This document shows, piece by piece, positions 26,240 to 39,335 of a DNA stretch of 64,000 bases. The first letter of the stretch is position 1; the number at the start of each line of letters is the position of its first letter. The DNA lies in the NCBI RefSeq assembly GCF_018350175.1, contig NC_058368.1, positions 72,108,001 through 72,172,000 of the forward strand, in the 5' to 3' direction. A program made the translations under genes and the position numbers. A model generated the notes under the pieces. The model did not search any database. It worked only from the letters and a program-made list of their open reading frames with translations, and was not told the DNA's origin. Source of the DNA: Felis catus. Its lineage: Eukaryota.

Positions 26240-26464
26240 TTTTTTAAAAAAAAATTTTTTTTTAACGTTTATTTGTTTTTGAGACAGAGAGAGACAGAGG
26301 ATGAATGGGGGAGGGTCAGAGAGAGGGAGACACAGAATCTGAAACAGGCTCCAGGCTCTGAGCTGTCAGCACAGAGCCCGACGCGGGGCTTGAACTCACT
26401 GACCGTGAGATCATGACCTGAGCCGAAGTCGGCCGCTTAACTGACTGAGCCACCCAGGCGCCCC
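26240..26464 (-). mobile_element. Can-SINE
   Basis: TSD cagacactg(t/g)ttttt. Confidence 0.96.
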
Positions 26465-27539
26465 AGACACTGGTTTTTGTATCAGTGTCTTTTTCTGTTT
26501 CAAGATCCAGTCCAGGTGCCACACTGTATTTCGTTATCATGTCTTTTTAGGCTCCTCTAGAGCGTGTGACAGTTTCTCGTACCTTCCTTGTTTTTAAAAG
26601 ACCTTGGCAGTTTTAAAGCATACTGGGCAGGTAACTTGCAGAATGGCCCTCAGTATGGGGTTGTCCAATGCTTTCTCAGGATTTGGCTGACGTTGTGGAT
26701 TTGGGGGGAAGAGTATTATGGAGACGCGAGGCTTATCTCATCATATCAGGGGGAACATGACAACCAATGTGCCTTCATGTTGGTGATGGCGACTGTCATT
26801 ACTGGGGTAAGGTGTCTTCCAGGTTTCTGTAACTGTAACGTTACAGTCTCTGTTTCCTTACACTACCAGGTAGAAGTAAATCACCAATTCCTGCCCACAG
26901 TTAAGAAGAGAAGACTTAGGCTTCTCCTCAATGAGGGGGAAGTATCAAAGAATTTGCAGACATATGTTAAAAACCATCAGAATAATTAAAAAAAAAGTTT
27001 TGAAGGAAGAAACTTTGAGGTCACGTAAATATCTATTTCTCCTTAGAGCGTCATATTGATTTTAGCACGCAGCAGTAGGTCCTGCTTATAAATATAATGT
27101 TCTAATGGCGATTTTCTATTTCCCTCATTTATTATTCTATTATTTCTATTTCTCTATATTGCCTCTATATTCACTCAGGATTATTCTGTAAGGAACAGTT
27201 GTCACTTCTCCACTTTTAAATTCGATAATTTATGTGTAAGTATGGCTTTTTGGCTGTTTATTTTATTCTTTGGGTTATAATCTAAGACCATTAGTATTTA
27301 TTTGATTGCTCAATTTGTCATTGGGGGCTTTTTCAGGTGGCTTCTTACTCTTCCAGTATACCCTTTTCTTTTTCTTTTCTTCTCCTTTCTTTTTAAAAAG
27401 TACTTCCTTACTTTCTGGGCTCCACAAAATACTTAAGTCTTATCTTCTATTTCCCCCGACTCAGCTTGAGAATCAGCCATTCCTCCAAAGAGCGCTGATT
27501 TGCTTTACTGGAGAATGGTATTTAGAAATGAAAATCTTA

Positions 27540-27757
27540 GGGGCGCCTGGGTGGCTGGCTCAATCAGTTGAGCGTCTGACTTCAACTCAGGTCATGATCT
27601 CCCCATCCGCGAGTTCGAGCCCTACATCAGGCTCTGTGCTGACAGCTCAGAACCTGGAGCCTGCTTTGAATCCTGTGTCTCCCTCTCTCTCTGCCCCTCC
27701 CCTGTGCATGCTCTGTCTCTCTCACTCTAAAAAATAAATAAACACTAAAAAATTAAA
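27540..27757 (+). mobile_element. Can-SINE
   Basis: 17-bp TSD agaaatgaaaatcttag. Confidence 0.96.
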
Positions 27758-29329
27758 AGAAATGAAAATCTTAGCACCAGGTTTGCTTGTTGTTATTGAT
27801 AGGTCACTGCTTCTAGGCTCACTCAGAGGAAATAATGTATGTATATAAAACAATGTATATATGCATACCTATATTTAACACCTGTGTATGGATGGATAAG
27901 TCTTATGTAACCTTAGATTATATATATGTATCCATCCATGTATCTGTGTATCTGTCTATGTATCTATCTTCTATCTTAAAATAAACTGAGCTTATACTAA
28001 TACTCCTACTTCAATCTGGTGCCATAGGGTTAATTCTGGCATCTCCCCTTCGCGTATTTGTAACTTTTTTCTCTGACAGTGTGACATTATCTACAGTAAG
28101 TTTTCTTATCTGTTCCAGCTTAGTGTACATATAACTAGTATCAGTGAAGGTATTTACCGCAAAACAAATACCACACTTTAAACTGGAGGTATGGAAGACA
28201 CATATTTCGCAGTCCCCACACTGGGGCCTTGAACCTCAGCCGTGTTCTGTCTCCTTAAGTAATTCCTTTTCAGGAAATAAGCATGCATTTTCCAAGTACC
28301 ATTCCTGAGTATGCTTATGGTAGATTGTAGAGTTGTTCAATTTTGCAGACTTTGATAAAAACGGCTTATTAGATGCACTATGAAGATTCACATTAATCAA
28401 CATATTTTATGCAAAGCAAAATGGAAATAGGAATAACATCAAAACGAAATAGCATGCATGTACATTTCTCGTTTCCTAGAAATAACCTCAGTCTCTCTTT
28501 TGTTCATACCAGAGTAGGAACTATTCGCTAGTCATACGGCTGTGTGTGAGAATGTCAGTCTCACCCCATCTCCCACTATGCCTACTGTTGAGCAAGCACC
28601 CGGAGTAGAATGTAAGGAAAGGCCAATGATGAACTCATTAACTCTCGAGTACAAGGAAGCAGAATTATTAATAAAGAGAAAGAAGACTGGTTATTTTGAT
28701 AAAGTCCATAACTCTCTGGCCACCTTTTATTAAAAATCATTCCAGTTCAATCCAGTCTCCTACGTGATTCAAACCTTCCCCAAGCCCCTACCTCATAGGG
28801 CTACAAGTGTGACTTCAGGTCTGGAACTGGGGAGGGGACACGCTCCCTTCCTTCACTGCTCCACATTTCCTTCTTTAGGGTCTAGCTTCTTGAGAGCAGA
28901 GGCCAGGGTGGGGGGTTAGGAGAAGAAAGGATTGTCTTAGGAAACCAGCCACATTTCAGGGTGGCCCCCTTTGTGTTTTGGTCTGGATCTAGACCTGTTG
29001 AAAGCTGATGACTTTCTGTAGGGATGGCCAACATTGTAAGCAGTCATAGACATGAAATTCTGGCCTAAAAGGAATGAGGTTGACTAGCTGGGCCAATCAG
29101 ATCTTCTCTTGTTGGGAGTTTGAATTTGAGACAGAGTGTTGATTATTTGTAACAAAACCAAAAGTCAAAACTTACATGGAGAAAAATGAGATTATTTGTG
29201 TTGCCTTAAGGGTAAAGCACTTGGAGTTACCAAACATTTTTCTTCAACGTTCTAGTAGGTCTTTTCTTTCCACTCTGTATAATCTCATCCAGATTTACAA
29301 CTTCCAGTTTATGTCCATACAGAAAACCT

Positions 29330-29900
29330 CACTAGGACTGAAGAATCAAAGAGGGAGAGGAGTTTTGTCTGGTTTCTTCCCTGACTTACCCCATGTGCCT
29401 AGGACAGTGCCTGGCACATGGTAGGCACTGGCTAAGTGAAGATTACCTTGAACATCCATATTTGTATCTCTAGCCAGCCAGCCAGCCCTCACCCCTGAAC
29501 TCTAGATGTACACATGCAGCTGTTAGGGGTCTCCACTAAGTCCCAAACTCATCACAGTCACAACATGCCCAAGACTGAATTGTTGATCTTTTCCCTCCAA
29601 TAGGTTCCATGCTAATGTTTCCTGGCTCAGTGGATGTTACCATCGTCTATTCAAGGAGATGAACCTGAAACCAAGAGTCATCCTTGAGACTCTTCCCTTT
29701 CTGCCCTTAAATCCAACCCCTCACCACGTCCCTGCTGATTTCACTTGCCAAACAGCTCTCCAATTTACCACTGCCTCCCATCTTCAAGTCTTCTGTGGCT
29801 TCCCATGTTCTTAGGTAAAACATAAAATTCTTAGCTTCTCGAAGTGCTGCGTGGTCTATGCCCAGCTTGCTTGTCTACACTCACTTTATACCACTTGGCC
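29330..29900 (+). mobile_element. L2 fragments
   Basis: 'cctaggacagtgcctggcacatggtaggcact', 'gagtcatccttgagactcttcc', 'gtggcttcccatgttcttagg'. Confidence 0.65.
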
Positions 29901-30029
29901 CTAGGCTTTCTGGTCACTGTTGCTCATCCTTCAGAACTTAGCTCCAGTGTTTCTTTCTCCTCCCTCACTGCCCTTATCTCCACGTGGGTCAGAGTCTTCT
30001 ATGAACTTCTCACTAAGAAAAATGTTATT

Positions 30030-30258
30030 ATTTTTTTAAAAAATTTTTTAACGTTTTTTTAAATTTATTTTTGAGACAGAGAGAGACAGAGCATGAACGG
30101 GGGAGGGGCAGAAAGAGAGGAAGACACAGAATCGGAAGCAGGCTCCAGGCTCTGAGCCATCAGCCCAGAGCCTGACGCGGGGCTCGAACTCACGGACCGT
30201 GAGATCGTGACCTGAGCTGAAGTCGGACGCTTAACCGACTGAGCCACCCAGGTGCCCC
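30030..30258 (-). mobile_element. Young Can-SINE
   Basis: 14-bp TSD agaaaaatgttatt. Confidence 0.97.
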
Positions 30259-31459
30259 AGAAAAATGTTATTTTCTAAAGGAAGTTCATCTTGGTTTGTA
30301 AATATTCATTCATTGGTTTGGATATTTGATTTATGTCCAATTTTTCCACTAGACCATAAAGTCCATGAGAACAGAGAATTTTATTGTTTATTCTTGTCTC
30401 TTTAGTGCCTGGCCCAATGTCTTACACACAGTAGGGACTCAAAGATTTGAGAAACAAATGAACAATCAGATAGTAAAAATGCTTTGGGAAGAATGAAAAG
30501 ATATATGGACCGAGACTCAGAACAAGCAACAGATGGGCTTTGGAAATGCATTGATGTTCGCGTTTAGGTACACACGGGGTAACACTGATTATAATCTTAA
30601 CTCCTTATAGTCTTAACAGTTACGAAGGAGTCTTTTTGCAACGCAATGACTGTGAGACACTGAATAAAACTGAAAACCAGTTGTCATGCTTTTCCCTTAG
30701 AACCATAACAATCTACTTTCCCATTGCCTGTGAAAGGATCAAAGGAAAAAAATGCTGTTCACTGAAAAAATTTTTCTTCTCTTGATTTCAGAAAGCAAAT
30801 GAGATAGAATCCCCACAGCTCAGCAGTAGGCACAGGGCTGGGCATGTGGAGTTGAGGCAGAGCTGAAGGGAGAGCTTCTTCCCCAGTTAGGGCATGTTTT
30901 CCCTATGTACCTTCTCATTTTTTTAAAATTGAGGGGTTGCCTTACAGAGTGCTGTGGGAAAAAATGTAATGAAAGTAATTCTGAATTAGCACAATTGTAG
31001 AATGATACAACCGACAACTGATCAATGTAAACTTGAACGGTCTTAGGCAAGTCATTTTATGTTTGTTCAAAGGCAAGAGAGACTTCAGGTAATTTATAAA
31101 AAGTCCCAAGTGCCAGTGGAATGAGGCAAAGAACAAGGTTTCTGAAAACGAATCCTCTAAAAGTGATCGGGTTTGGGTCACTCATTCATGGAATGAAAAT
31201 TTGAAAGGGCTTAGAGGAAACCCTTCTTCCAAGAGAGTCTCAAACTTATAAAACTCACTTTTTATGGGACTTATGAGATTAAGGGTGAAGGTAAATGATT
31301 CCACCTGCTGAGAAAGCTGCTCTTGGTCGATGACAGTTGGTCTGCATCCTGAGTTGCACCTGTTATCCCCCACTGGACCACGATCTCAGTGCCAAAAGGG
31401 AAGCACTTCTTCTTGAGGCCAAATAACATGACTCTGGAGGTTGTGTTCATTTGTGAGGG

Positions 31460-31860
31460 CACTGGGTAGCTTAAAACAACAGAAATTTATGTCTTACAGT
31501 TCTGGAGGCTGGCAGTCCAAAATCAAGGTGTCTTTGGGCTTGGTGCCCTCTGGGGGTTCTGAGGGAAGGTCTGTTCCATGCCTCTCTCTTACCTTCTGGT
31601 GATGGTCGGCAATTCTTGGTGCTCCTAAGCTTGTAGACACCTCACAGTCTCTGCCTCTGTCATCAGATGGTGTTCTTGTATATCTGTCTGTCTGTCTCTT
31701 CTTTTCATATAAGGACACCAGCCTTAGCGGATTAAGGTTCACCCTAAAGATCTCATCTTAACTTGATTATATTTGCAAATACCTCATTTTCAAAACAGGA
31801 AAGTATTAGGGATCAGGGCTTCAATATATCTTTTGGGGGGACACAGTTTAATGCACAACC
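31460..31860 (-). mobile_element. MaLR LTR (MLT1C-like)
   Basis: 'gcttaaaacaacagaaatttatgtcttacagttctggaggctggcagtccaaaatcaagg...ttttggggggacacagtt'. Confidence 0.85.
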
Positions 31861-32756
31861 AAAGGACATAAATTCCAAAAGGTACCTCCTCTGTTTGATG
31901 ACTAGCACCGGTTTAACTCCGAAATTCAGGTGGGCTGTTTCCCTTTTGGCACTGACTTCTAGATTTCTAGGCCATATCTAATGCTGATAATTGATATCCC
32001 CAAACTCTGAGTCTCTGTTGTAACCTATCGGCTTGAATCTTGATCTGAATTGTTTTCTGCCTCAGTCACTTCATCTCTTAGAACTGATCTTATTGCAGTC
32101 CGTGTCTATTGACATAAGCATGTATTAAGCAGAAGTCTAACAATGAAGCAATTTCAGAAATAGCAGAGCAAATCTTATATAAGATGACCTTCTGAGATTT
32201 AAATTATGGAAAATTATGGGTATTAATATGTGAATTGACAACTGAAGAGTCATTTCTGACTAAAAGATGGAGAGTGGCTTCAAGTGGAGTTGAGTAACAT
32301 CAAAGGCTTCCAGTAAATACCACTTCCCAAACCCCAGTTGCTAATGATTTGTAGTTTCTTTAGGGTATTGAGCCTCTGGCCCCTGGGCAGCTAAGTGTTT
32401 CCTGGAGCAGCAGGAATCCTGGATCTCATGACTCCAACTGCCTGAGATTCTCAGCTGTTGATCCAATGTGTTGTGCAAACATCACTCTCTAACACGCCAC
32501 AATGGAAAAAAAGGTTGGGTAGTCCTATAGTAAATAGTGGTGACATACTTAAAAACATTAAGAATCATCCAGTAACTAGTGGTCTGTCTGGAAGCTTAGA
32601 ATATGATAAGTCTAAGAAGAAAGGATCGGCAATTCATCCTCACTTCTTTAGCTGTCATTCACTGCTCATGTCTTAGAACCCAACTTCCACCCGAGTGCCT
32701 GAGCCCTACTGTCATCACCATCACTTACCACCTCCTTACTGCTAATATCATCACCA

Positions 32757-32949
32757 TTTTTTAATTTTTTAAGTTTATTTATTTATTTTGAGAGAGAGAG
32801 AACACCTGAGGGGGGAGGGATAGAGAGAGAGGAAGAGAGAATTCCAAGCAGGCTCCACACTGTCAATGGAGAGCCCAACACGGGGCTCGAGCTCATGAAA
32901 CCATGAGATCATGACCTGAGCTTAACTGACTGAGCCACCCAGGTAATCC
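32757..32949 (-). mobile_element. Can-SINE with internal deletion
   Basis: 'gatcatgacctgagc|ttaactgactgagccaccc'. Confidence 0.9.
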
Positions 32950-32970
32950 TACCATTTTTTCATTAAAAAC

Positions 32971-34660
32971 TTTTTTTTTAAGTTGTGGTAAAAAATACAT
33001 AACATAAAATGTACCATCTTACTCATTTTTAAGGTACAGTTCAGCAGTGTTAACTACATTCACTTGTTGTGCAAAAGATCTCTAGGACTTTTTCATCTTG
33101 CATAATTATAACTCTATAGCCATTGAATGACAACTACCCTCTGCCCCCTCCCCCTGGCTCCTTGCAACCACTAGTCTGCTTTCTGTTTCTATGAACAAGT
33201 CTACTCCAGGAACCTCACAGAAGTGGAATCATACAGTATTTCTCTTTTTGTCACTGGCTTAAGTCACTGAGCCTAATGTTTTCAACGTTCATCCATGTGT
33301 AACATGTGTCAGAATTTCCTTCCTTTTTTAAAGCTGAATAATATTCCACTGTATGTATACACAACACATTTTCATTATTCATTCATCTGCTAATGGGCAT
33401 TTGAGTTGCTTCCACCTCTTGGCTATTGTGAATAACACTGCAGTAAACATGGGCTTGCAAATATCTCTTCGAGACCCTGCTTTTGATTCTTTTGGATATA
33501 TACCCAGAAGTGGTATTCCTGGATCATATCTATTTTAGTTTTTTGAAGGATTTCATACTGTTTTCCACAGTGGGTACACATTCTCAGCAATAGGGTATAT
33601 GTGTTCCAATTGCTCCATTTCCTTGCCAATGTTTTTTTTTATTTTCTAGCTTTTTAATAGGGCCATCTTAATGGGTGTGAGGTGGAATCTCATTGTGGTT
33701 TTGATGATTATGATGCTAAGAATCTTTTCATATGGTTTGTGGACATTCTTATATGTTCTTTGGAGAAATGTCTATCCAAATACTTTGCTACTTGTTTTGT
33801 TGTTGAGTTGTAGAATTCTTTATATATGTGGATATTAACCCCTTTTCAAATACATGATTTGCACATATTTTCTACCATTCCAGACTGTGCCTTTTCACTA
33901 TGTTGATTATTTCCTTTGATTCACAATTGTTTTTAAGTTTGATGAAGTCCCGTTTGTCTATTTTTGCTTTTATTATGTGTACTTTTGATGTCATATCCAA
34001 GAAATTATTGCCAGTTTCAATGTCATGAAACTTTTTTGCAATGTTGTCTTCCAGGAGTTTTATAGTTCTAGGTCTTACATTAAGTTCTTTAATCAATTTT
34101 GAGTCAATTTTTGTATATAGTGGAAAGTAAGGATCCAGTTTGCATGTGGACATCCAGTTTTCCTCATTGTGTGGTTTTGACATCCTTGTTGAAGATCATT
34201 TGACCATAGATATGAAGGTGTATTTCTGGACTGTCTTTCTTCTGTTCCACTAATCTACGTGTCTGTCATTATGTCAGTACCATGTTGTTTGATTACTGTA
34301 GCTTGGTCATATATTTTGAGATTAAGGAACATGAGGCCTCAATTTAGTTTGTCTTGTTTGGGGGCCTTTGAGGTTCCACAGGAATTTTAGGATTTTGTTT
34401 TTCTGTTTCTGCAAAAAAGTACATTGGGATTTTGATAAGGATCGCACTGAATTTGTGGATAACTTTGGGTGGTATGAACATTTTAATAATATTCAATCTT
34501 CCAATCTATGAACACAGATGTTTTTCAATTATTTGTATTTTCTGTAATTTCTTTCAGCAATTGTTTTGTCATTTTCAGTGTAGAAATCTTTTACCTCCTT
34601 GGTTAAGTTTATTCCTCAGTATTTTATTCTTCCTGATGTTATTATAAGTAGGAGTGTTTT
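32971..34660 (-). mobile_element. L1MA/L1MB-type element: 3' UTR plus decayed ORF2 end
   Basis: ORF 33872..34183 (KLDPYFPLYTKIDSKLIKELNVRPRTIKLLEDN) is an L1 ORF2 C-terminal remnant; typical L1MA 3' end at about 32975. Confidence 0.92.
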
Positions 34661-34679
34661 CTATAATGACAACTTTTGA

Positions 34680-35840
34680 CCTCTCTGAAGTCTTTCACAT
34701 TGTTAACCATGACCTCTTTCTTGAAACACTTTTACCTTTGGATTTGACAACAAATAGATTCTGGATTTTGCTCCTATGTTTTGGGCTGTGACTTCTTGTT
34801 CATATTTTAGGCTCTTCCTCCTTGGCTTATATGACTCATTTGTTGTTCCTCAGGAGACTTTCTTCCCCTAGTAAACTCAGAACTTCTAAAGGCTTAAATT
34901 ACCACTTGCATGTTGACTCTTGCTCCTACCCAATACCTATTTCAGTCCCAATATTCTATCTAAGCTTTAAATCTTCTAGCTACTCATAGAAATTGTCTCA
35001 TAAATATCTCCTAGGCATCTCATGGAAAATATGACCAGCCTCTGTCCTCCAAAATAAAACAAACAAAACCCAATTTCTTCCTTCTCCTGTGATCTCTGTC
35101 TTGGCACACCTTGGACAATCTAGAAACCTGGGTGACACCCTGGTCTCCTGCCTTTGCTCTGCTCTTACTTCAACTGGTCACTAAATCCTACCCACTGTAT
35201 TTTCTCCTCTGTATTCCACCACCTCTGTATGTTCCCTGGTCTCAGTTTCATTTAGTTGAGGCCACGATCACTGTCTGACTCAGCAATGGTGCTCTTATCA
35301 TTAGGTCCCTTCAGTCTATTCCCCATGCTGATGCTGGAATGTAGGGAACATTATGTCACTCTTGGGCTTAAATGCCCTCAGGATAATACCTAAATGCTCA
35401 GCACCGCTCACAACTTTTCACCTGCAATTTCCTGCTTACTTTTCCAGCTTACCATTTCTCCCTTGATCAACACTTGAGTCAGTGAACACAGTGAACTTCA
35501 AGTGACCTCCAAAAAAACACTGTGCTTTTTCTTGCCAAAAGAAAAAGCCTGCTGTTCTTTTGGTCCTGAGTGCCCTTCCTCATGCCACTTTCTCCTAACC
35601 CCCTTCACCTGGATAGGCATTACTTGACCATCAGAGTTTAGTCTACACCATACTTGTGAGAAAATGTCTCTGATCTCATCATCAAAATTGGGTATGGCTC
35701 CTATGTGCTCCCCAAGTCCCTCATAACATCTATTTACATGTCACTTTCTCCCACCATCTCACAAGTGACTTAAGGCAGGAACAGTATCTTGGTCATCATT
35801 ATGTTCCTTGACCCTAACATAATGTTTGAAGCATAATAGG
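34680..35840 (+). mobile_element. L2 fragments
   Basis: 'gttaaccatgacctctttcttgaaacact', 'aaattaccacttgcatgttgactct', 'ctagaaacctgggtgacaccctgg'. Confidence 0.65.
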
Positions 35841-37196
35841 TGAGTACTCAGATCTCCAGATTACGAAGTGAGTAGATACAGTCTCTGAGCAGTAACATCC
35901 TATCTGTAAAAGGGATACCTCATACAACCTTAGCCTGATGCCATTACATATTTGAATCACACAGCCCTCCTCCCTCACCACCCCCCATACCAATTCCTGG
36001 CTTATTATGCTATGTTCTGATTATGATTTGACCTTCAGTGTATACACCCACAGTGAGAGAATATGCTAATCCATAGATGTAAGTACATCATCTAACCCAC
36101 TTTCTAGACTCACATCTCGTAATGAATGAATGAACTGGTTCTCTGAGCAGGCATCATGACATCCTTTGGTGAGGACATTGGATTAGAGTGAGAGAGCCCA
36201 GGTCTTTTCCACTTACAAACTGTATGAAATTAGGCAAGAAATATACTCCTTTGAGTGTTAGTTTCTGTGTCTGTAATCTCCAGCATAAAATGCAATAATT
36301 TAACATGGAGTACCTTGCATGAGGTAGTTTTCAGTATGTGATATTTACCAGCACAGCAGTTATGTCTCTCTTTTATGTTACATTTGGTTAAACAAATTTA
36401 CTCATGGACCCAAAACCAGGAAGACTGAAGGCCTGACCCAGATCAGGAGACAGCAACCAGTGCTGAGCCGAATCACACACTCCCCAATACCCTGTCTCCA
36501 TGCAACTGCCCTCCATCTGGAAGGACCTCAGTATGGACACAAGGCAGACATGAAAATGAAAGCGCCCAGGTAAGGCTAACGAGAAACACGACCCCAGAGC
36601 TCACATTTAAAGAGAATATGTTTTTTTTTTAAATCACACTTATACGAGAGAAAAGCTCCTCTACACGTCCATCCCCACTATGCAGTGGACATCACCAAAG
36701 ACCAAACAGCATTAAGTTTGAACCAGAATTCAAATGAGACTTGATACCACACTGGGGAAACAGTTTTGATTTCAGAGGATGGAATTTTATCTAAATAGAC
36801 TATCTATACTTCCCCTTCCAATGATTCTTTCCCTGAGGCTTCTCTGTGGGTTTTTTTCCCCCTCATAGTTGAATGAATTTTATACTGCTTGAAAGAAAGC
36901 CCTTTATATCTGTCTTGCACTGAATTTGCAAAAATCAGTAAAGCTGTGAGGAGCCTCCCCATTTTCAAAGTTTGCAAAAACACCTACAACCTCTAGTGTC
37001 TTTGCTGCACCACCGAGGATCAAAGTCATCGTCTCCTGGAACTACTGTTCAGAGGACAGCATTGGGTCAAGGAGATTTTTAGCTTCTATGCAAACTGATT
37101 TGGCTTCTCAGCAGCCCAATCACACATTCATGGACAACCCCATTTCTAGTCAATTTTCTGGTCTTATATAGAAAACCATTACATGTCTAAATCTTT

Positions 37197-37254
37197 ACTT
37201 ATATCTATATCTGTATCTGTATCTGTATCTGCATCTATATCTATCTCCATCTCC
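37197..37254. repeat. (ATCTGT/ATCTAT)n hexamer repeat
   Basis: atatctatatctgtatctgtatctgtatctgcatctatatct. Confidence 0.85.
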
Positions 37255-37698
37255 AGGGTCTGGGCTGGGGTTCAGGGTGGTGATAAGAAAAGCATGGTCT
37301 CTATTTAATTAGGTATGGGAGCTATGAAAGGATCATTACTGCTATATTGCTTCCAGGAATCGGTTGAGTCTTATATGCAACACACAGGGAAAGCAAAAAA
37401 TGAGTTTCATATGGAGCATCACTGTCATGACTTTTTAGAACATTATTTATTTTGAAGAGGGAAAAAAATAAAGCTACCTTAGTGGCTATCAAGGCACAAT
37501 GTTGGTGATACCGTGGAGAGGAGGTGCGGTGGGAATGGGTACTTACATTAGAGCCTGTCCAAATGTGTCCCCAAGGGGCCCTTTTAGTATATTGCTCTGA
37601 ATTCTACTAAAAAAAAAGACACTTTTCTGTTTCAAAATACCTTTATTAAGTAATAAATAATTCAATGCTTTCTCCTTTCCCTTAAAAGAAGGCATATA

Positions 37699-37885
37699 GG
37701 GGGGACACCTGGGTGGCTCAGTCAGTTGAGCATCCAACTCTTGATTTCGGCTCAGGTCATGATCTCATGGCTCATGAGATCAAGTCCCAAGTCGGGTTCT
37801 GCACTGACAGTGTGGAGCCTGCTTGGGATTCTCTCTCTTCCTCTCTGTCCCTTCCCCTTCTCAAAGTAAATAAACTTTAAAAAAA
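37699..37885 (+). mobile_element. Can-SINE
   Basis: Head ggggacacctgggtggctcag; TSD-like gaaggcat. Confidence 0.93.
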
Positions 37886-39109
37886 TGAAGGCATTTATGA
37901 AGAGACTTCAGAGCATTAGCATTAGGGAAGCTTCACTGCCACCTAGAATTTGATTTGCAGATTTCCAACTAAAAGTATTAAAGTTGGCATTTGAGTTAGC
38001 ACATCTGGTCTTACATTGGGTGCACACACAACTCTCTCTCGGCTTCCTCAAGTGTTAAAAATGGTGGCTGGCTCCATACTTTCTCCTGAAGAGTTCTTCT
38101 CCTGAAGATGGTCCCTAAGTGGAAGCCACTGTCTCAAAGTCCAAGGAGGTGACCAGAAAGTCATCTGGAAAAGAGATCTAGGATGCTTGTACTTGAGAAG
38201 AATGTGATTCCAGGATTCCACCAACAGTTGGTTGTGTTGACTTGCCTTCCCTGAGCTTCTCCCTGAAGGGTTCTGGTGTCCTTTGCCATCTGGCAATTTG
38301 ACTTTATCACTTTCCTAACTCAGGGTTTGGCCCCATTGCTCCCCCTTCATCCCTGTGTTATAGTCATAATCTGTGTTCTTTCCTTTGATTTCATATCTTG
38401 AATGATTTTCTAGCACCTTACTTTACTTCTTCCTTCTTCTCTTCTGTTCTAGTTTCTTCACCGTACCTTTTAGCTTTCTCCTACCCTGTCCACCTTCAAG
38501 GTCATATTTCCTCTCCCAAGCATGAGAACAGACTTTCTCTTTCTAATAGCTTTGTCTAGTGTTTCATATTTAGCCTCTGTATGTTAGAGGTGACTCACAC
38601 TTGTTTCTATTACTCTTGAAAAATGTCTAGGAACCAGCATTTACATTTTAACACAATTGTTTTTTGACCACAATCAGAATAAAACACATTAAAAATCTCT
38701 AGAGGCATCGCTGAAATGTAATATGCTGCAAGCACACTGTGTCTGTGTCTAAGGAGGATCGCTACTCCAGAAGGTCACTGAGAGAAGAGGTGCCTTGGGC
38801 AGAGTCTGCCGTCGCGTGTACCGAGTGGTAAGCCTCTGAGCTCTTACCTGCTGCAAAAGTCCTAACTCCTGTGGCTCTGATTAGATCGTCTGCTTTCCCA
38901 GGGAAAACAAAGAACTATTTTGGATAGTTTTAATGACTGGGTTGCTTGATTCACTTCAGTTCCTCAGAAAACTGCCCCTCACACCAAGTTATTTCATGAA
39001 TATATATTGATGTTTCTGCCATATAAAACATGATTATTTATAGACGAGTAATTAACATTCCACAACAGGCATGACTCATGTTTGGCATTGATACAGCTTT
39101 CCTGTGACT

Positions 39110-39335
39110 CAGTCATGGAGCCTGGGCTTTAGGTCTGAATTGCCTGGGTTCAAATCCTAACTCTGCCATGTATTCACTGTGTGACCTTAGGCAAGTTACT
39201 TAACTTCTCTGTGCCTTAGTTTCCCCATCTGTAAGATGGATATATTAATAATACCTACATCACATGGTTGCCATGAAACTTCAATAAATGAACATACACA
39301 GCACCTGGAACTGAAAGTGTCTGACAAATGTTACT
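39110..39335 (+). mobile_element. MIR
   Basis: 'cctgggttcaaatcctaactctgcca...gtgtgaccttaggcaagttacttaacttctctgtgccttagtttccccatctgtaa'. Confidence 0.92.

Larger units (their letters stand above)
26045..28145 (-). mobile_element. Old L1MC/L1MD-type 3' region interrupted by two Can-SINEs
   Basis: 'tttattttgaaatcattttaaacttaca...gtacagagagttcctgtatgccctt', 'ggagaatggtatttagaaa' hallmarks. Confidence 0.72.

Noticed and set aside
33872..34183. 103-aa ORF with similarity to reverse-transcriptase-containing L1 ORF2
   Set aside because: It is a decayed L1 remnant with stops and frameshifts on both sides, not a functional CDS.
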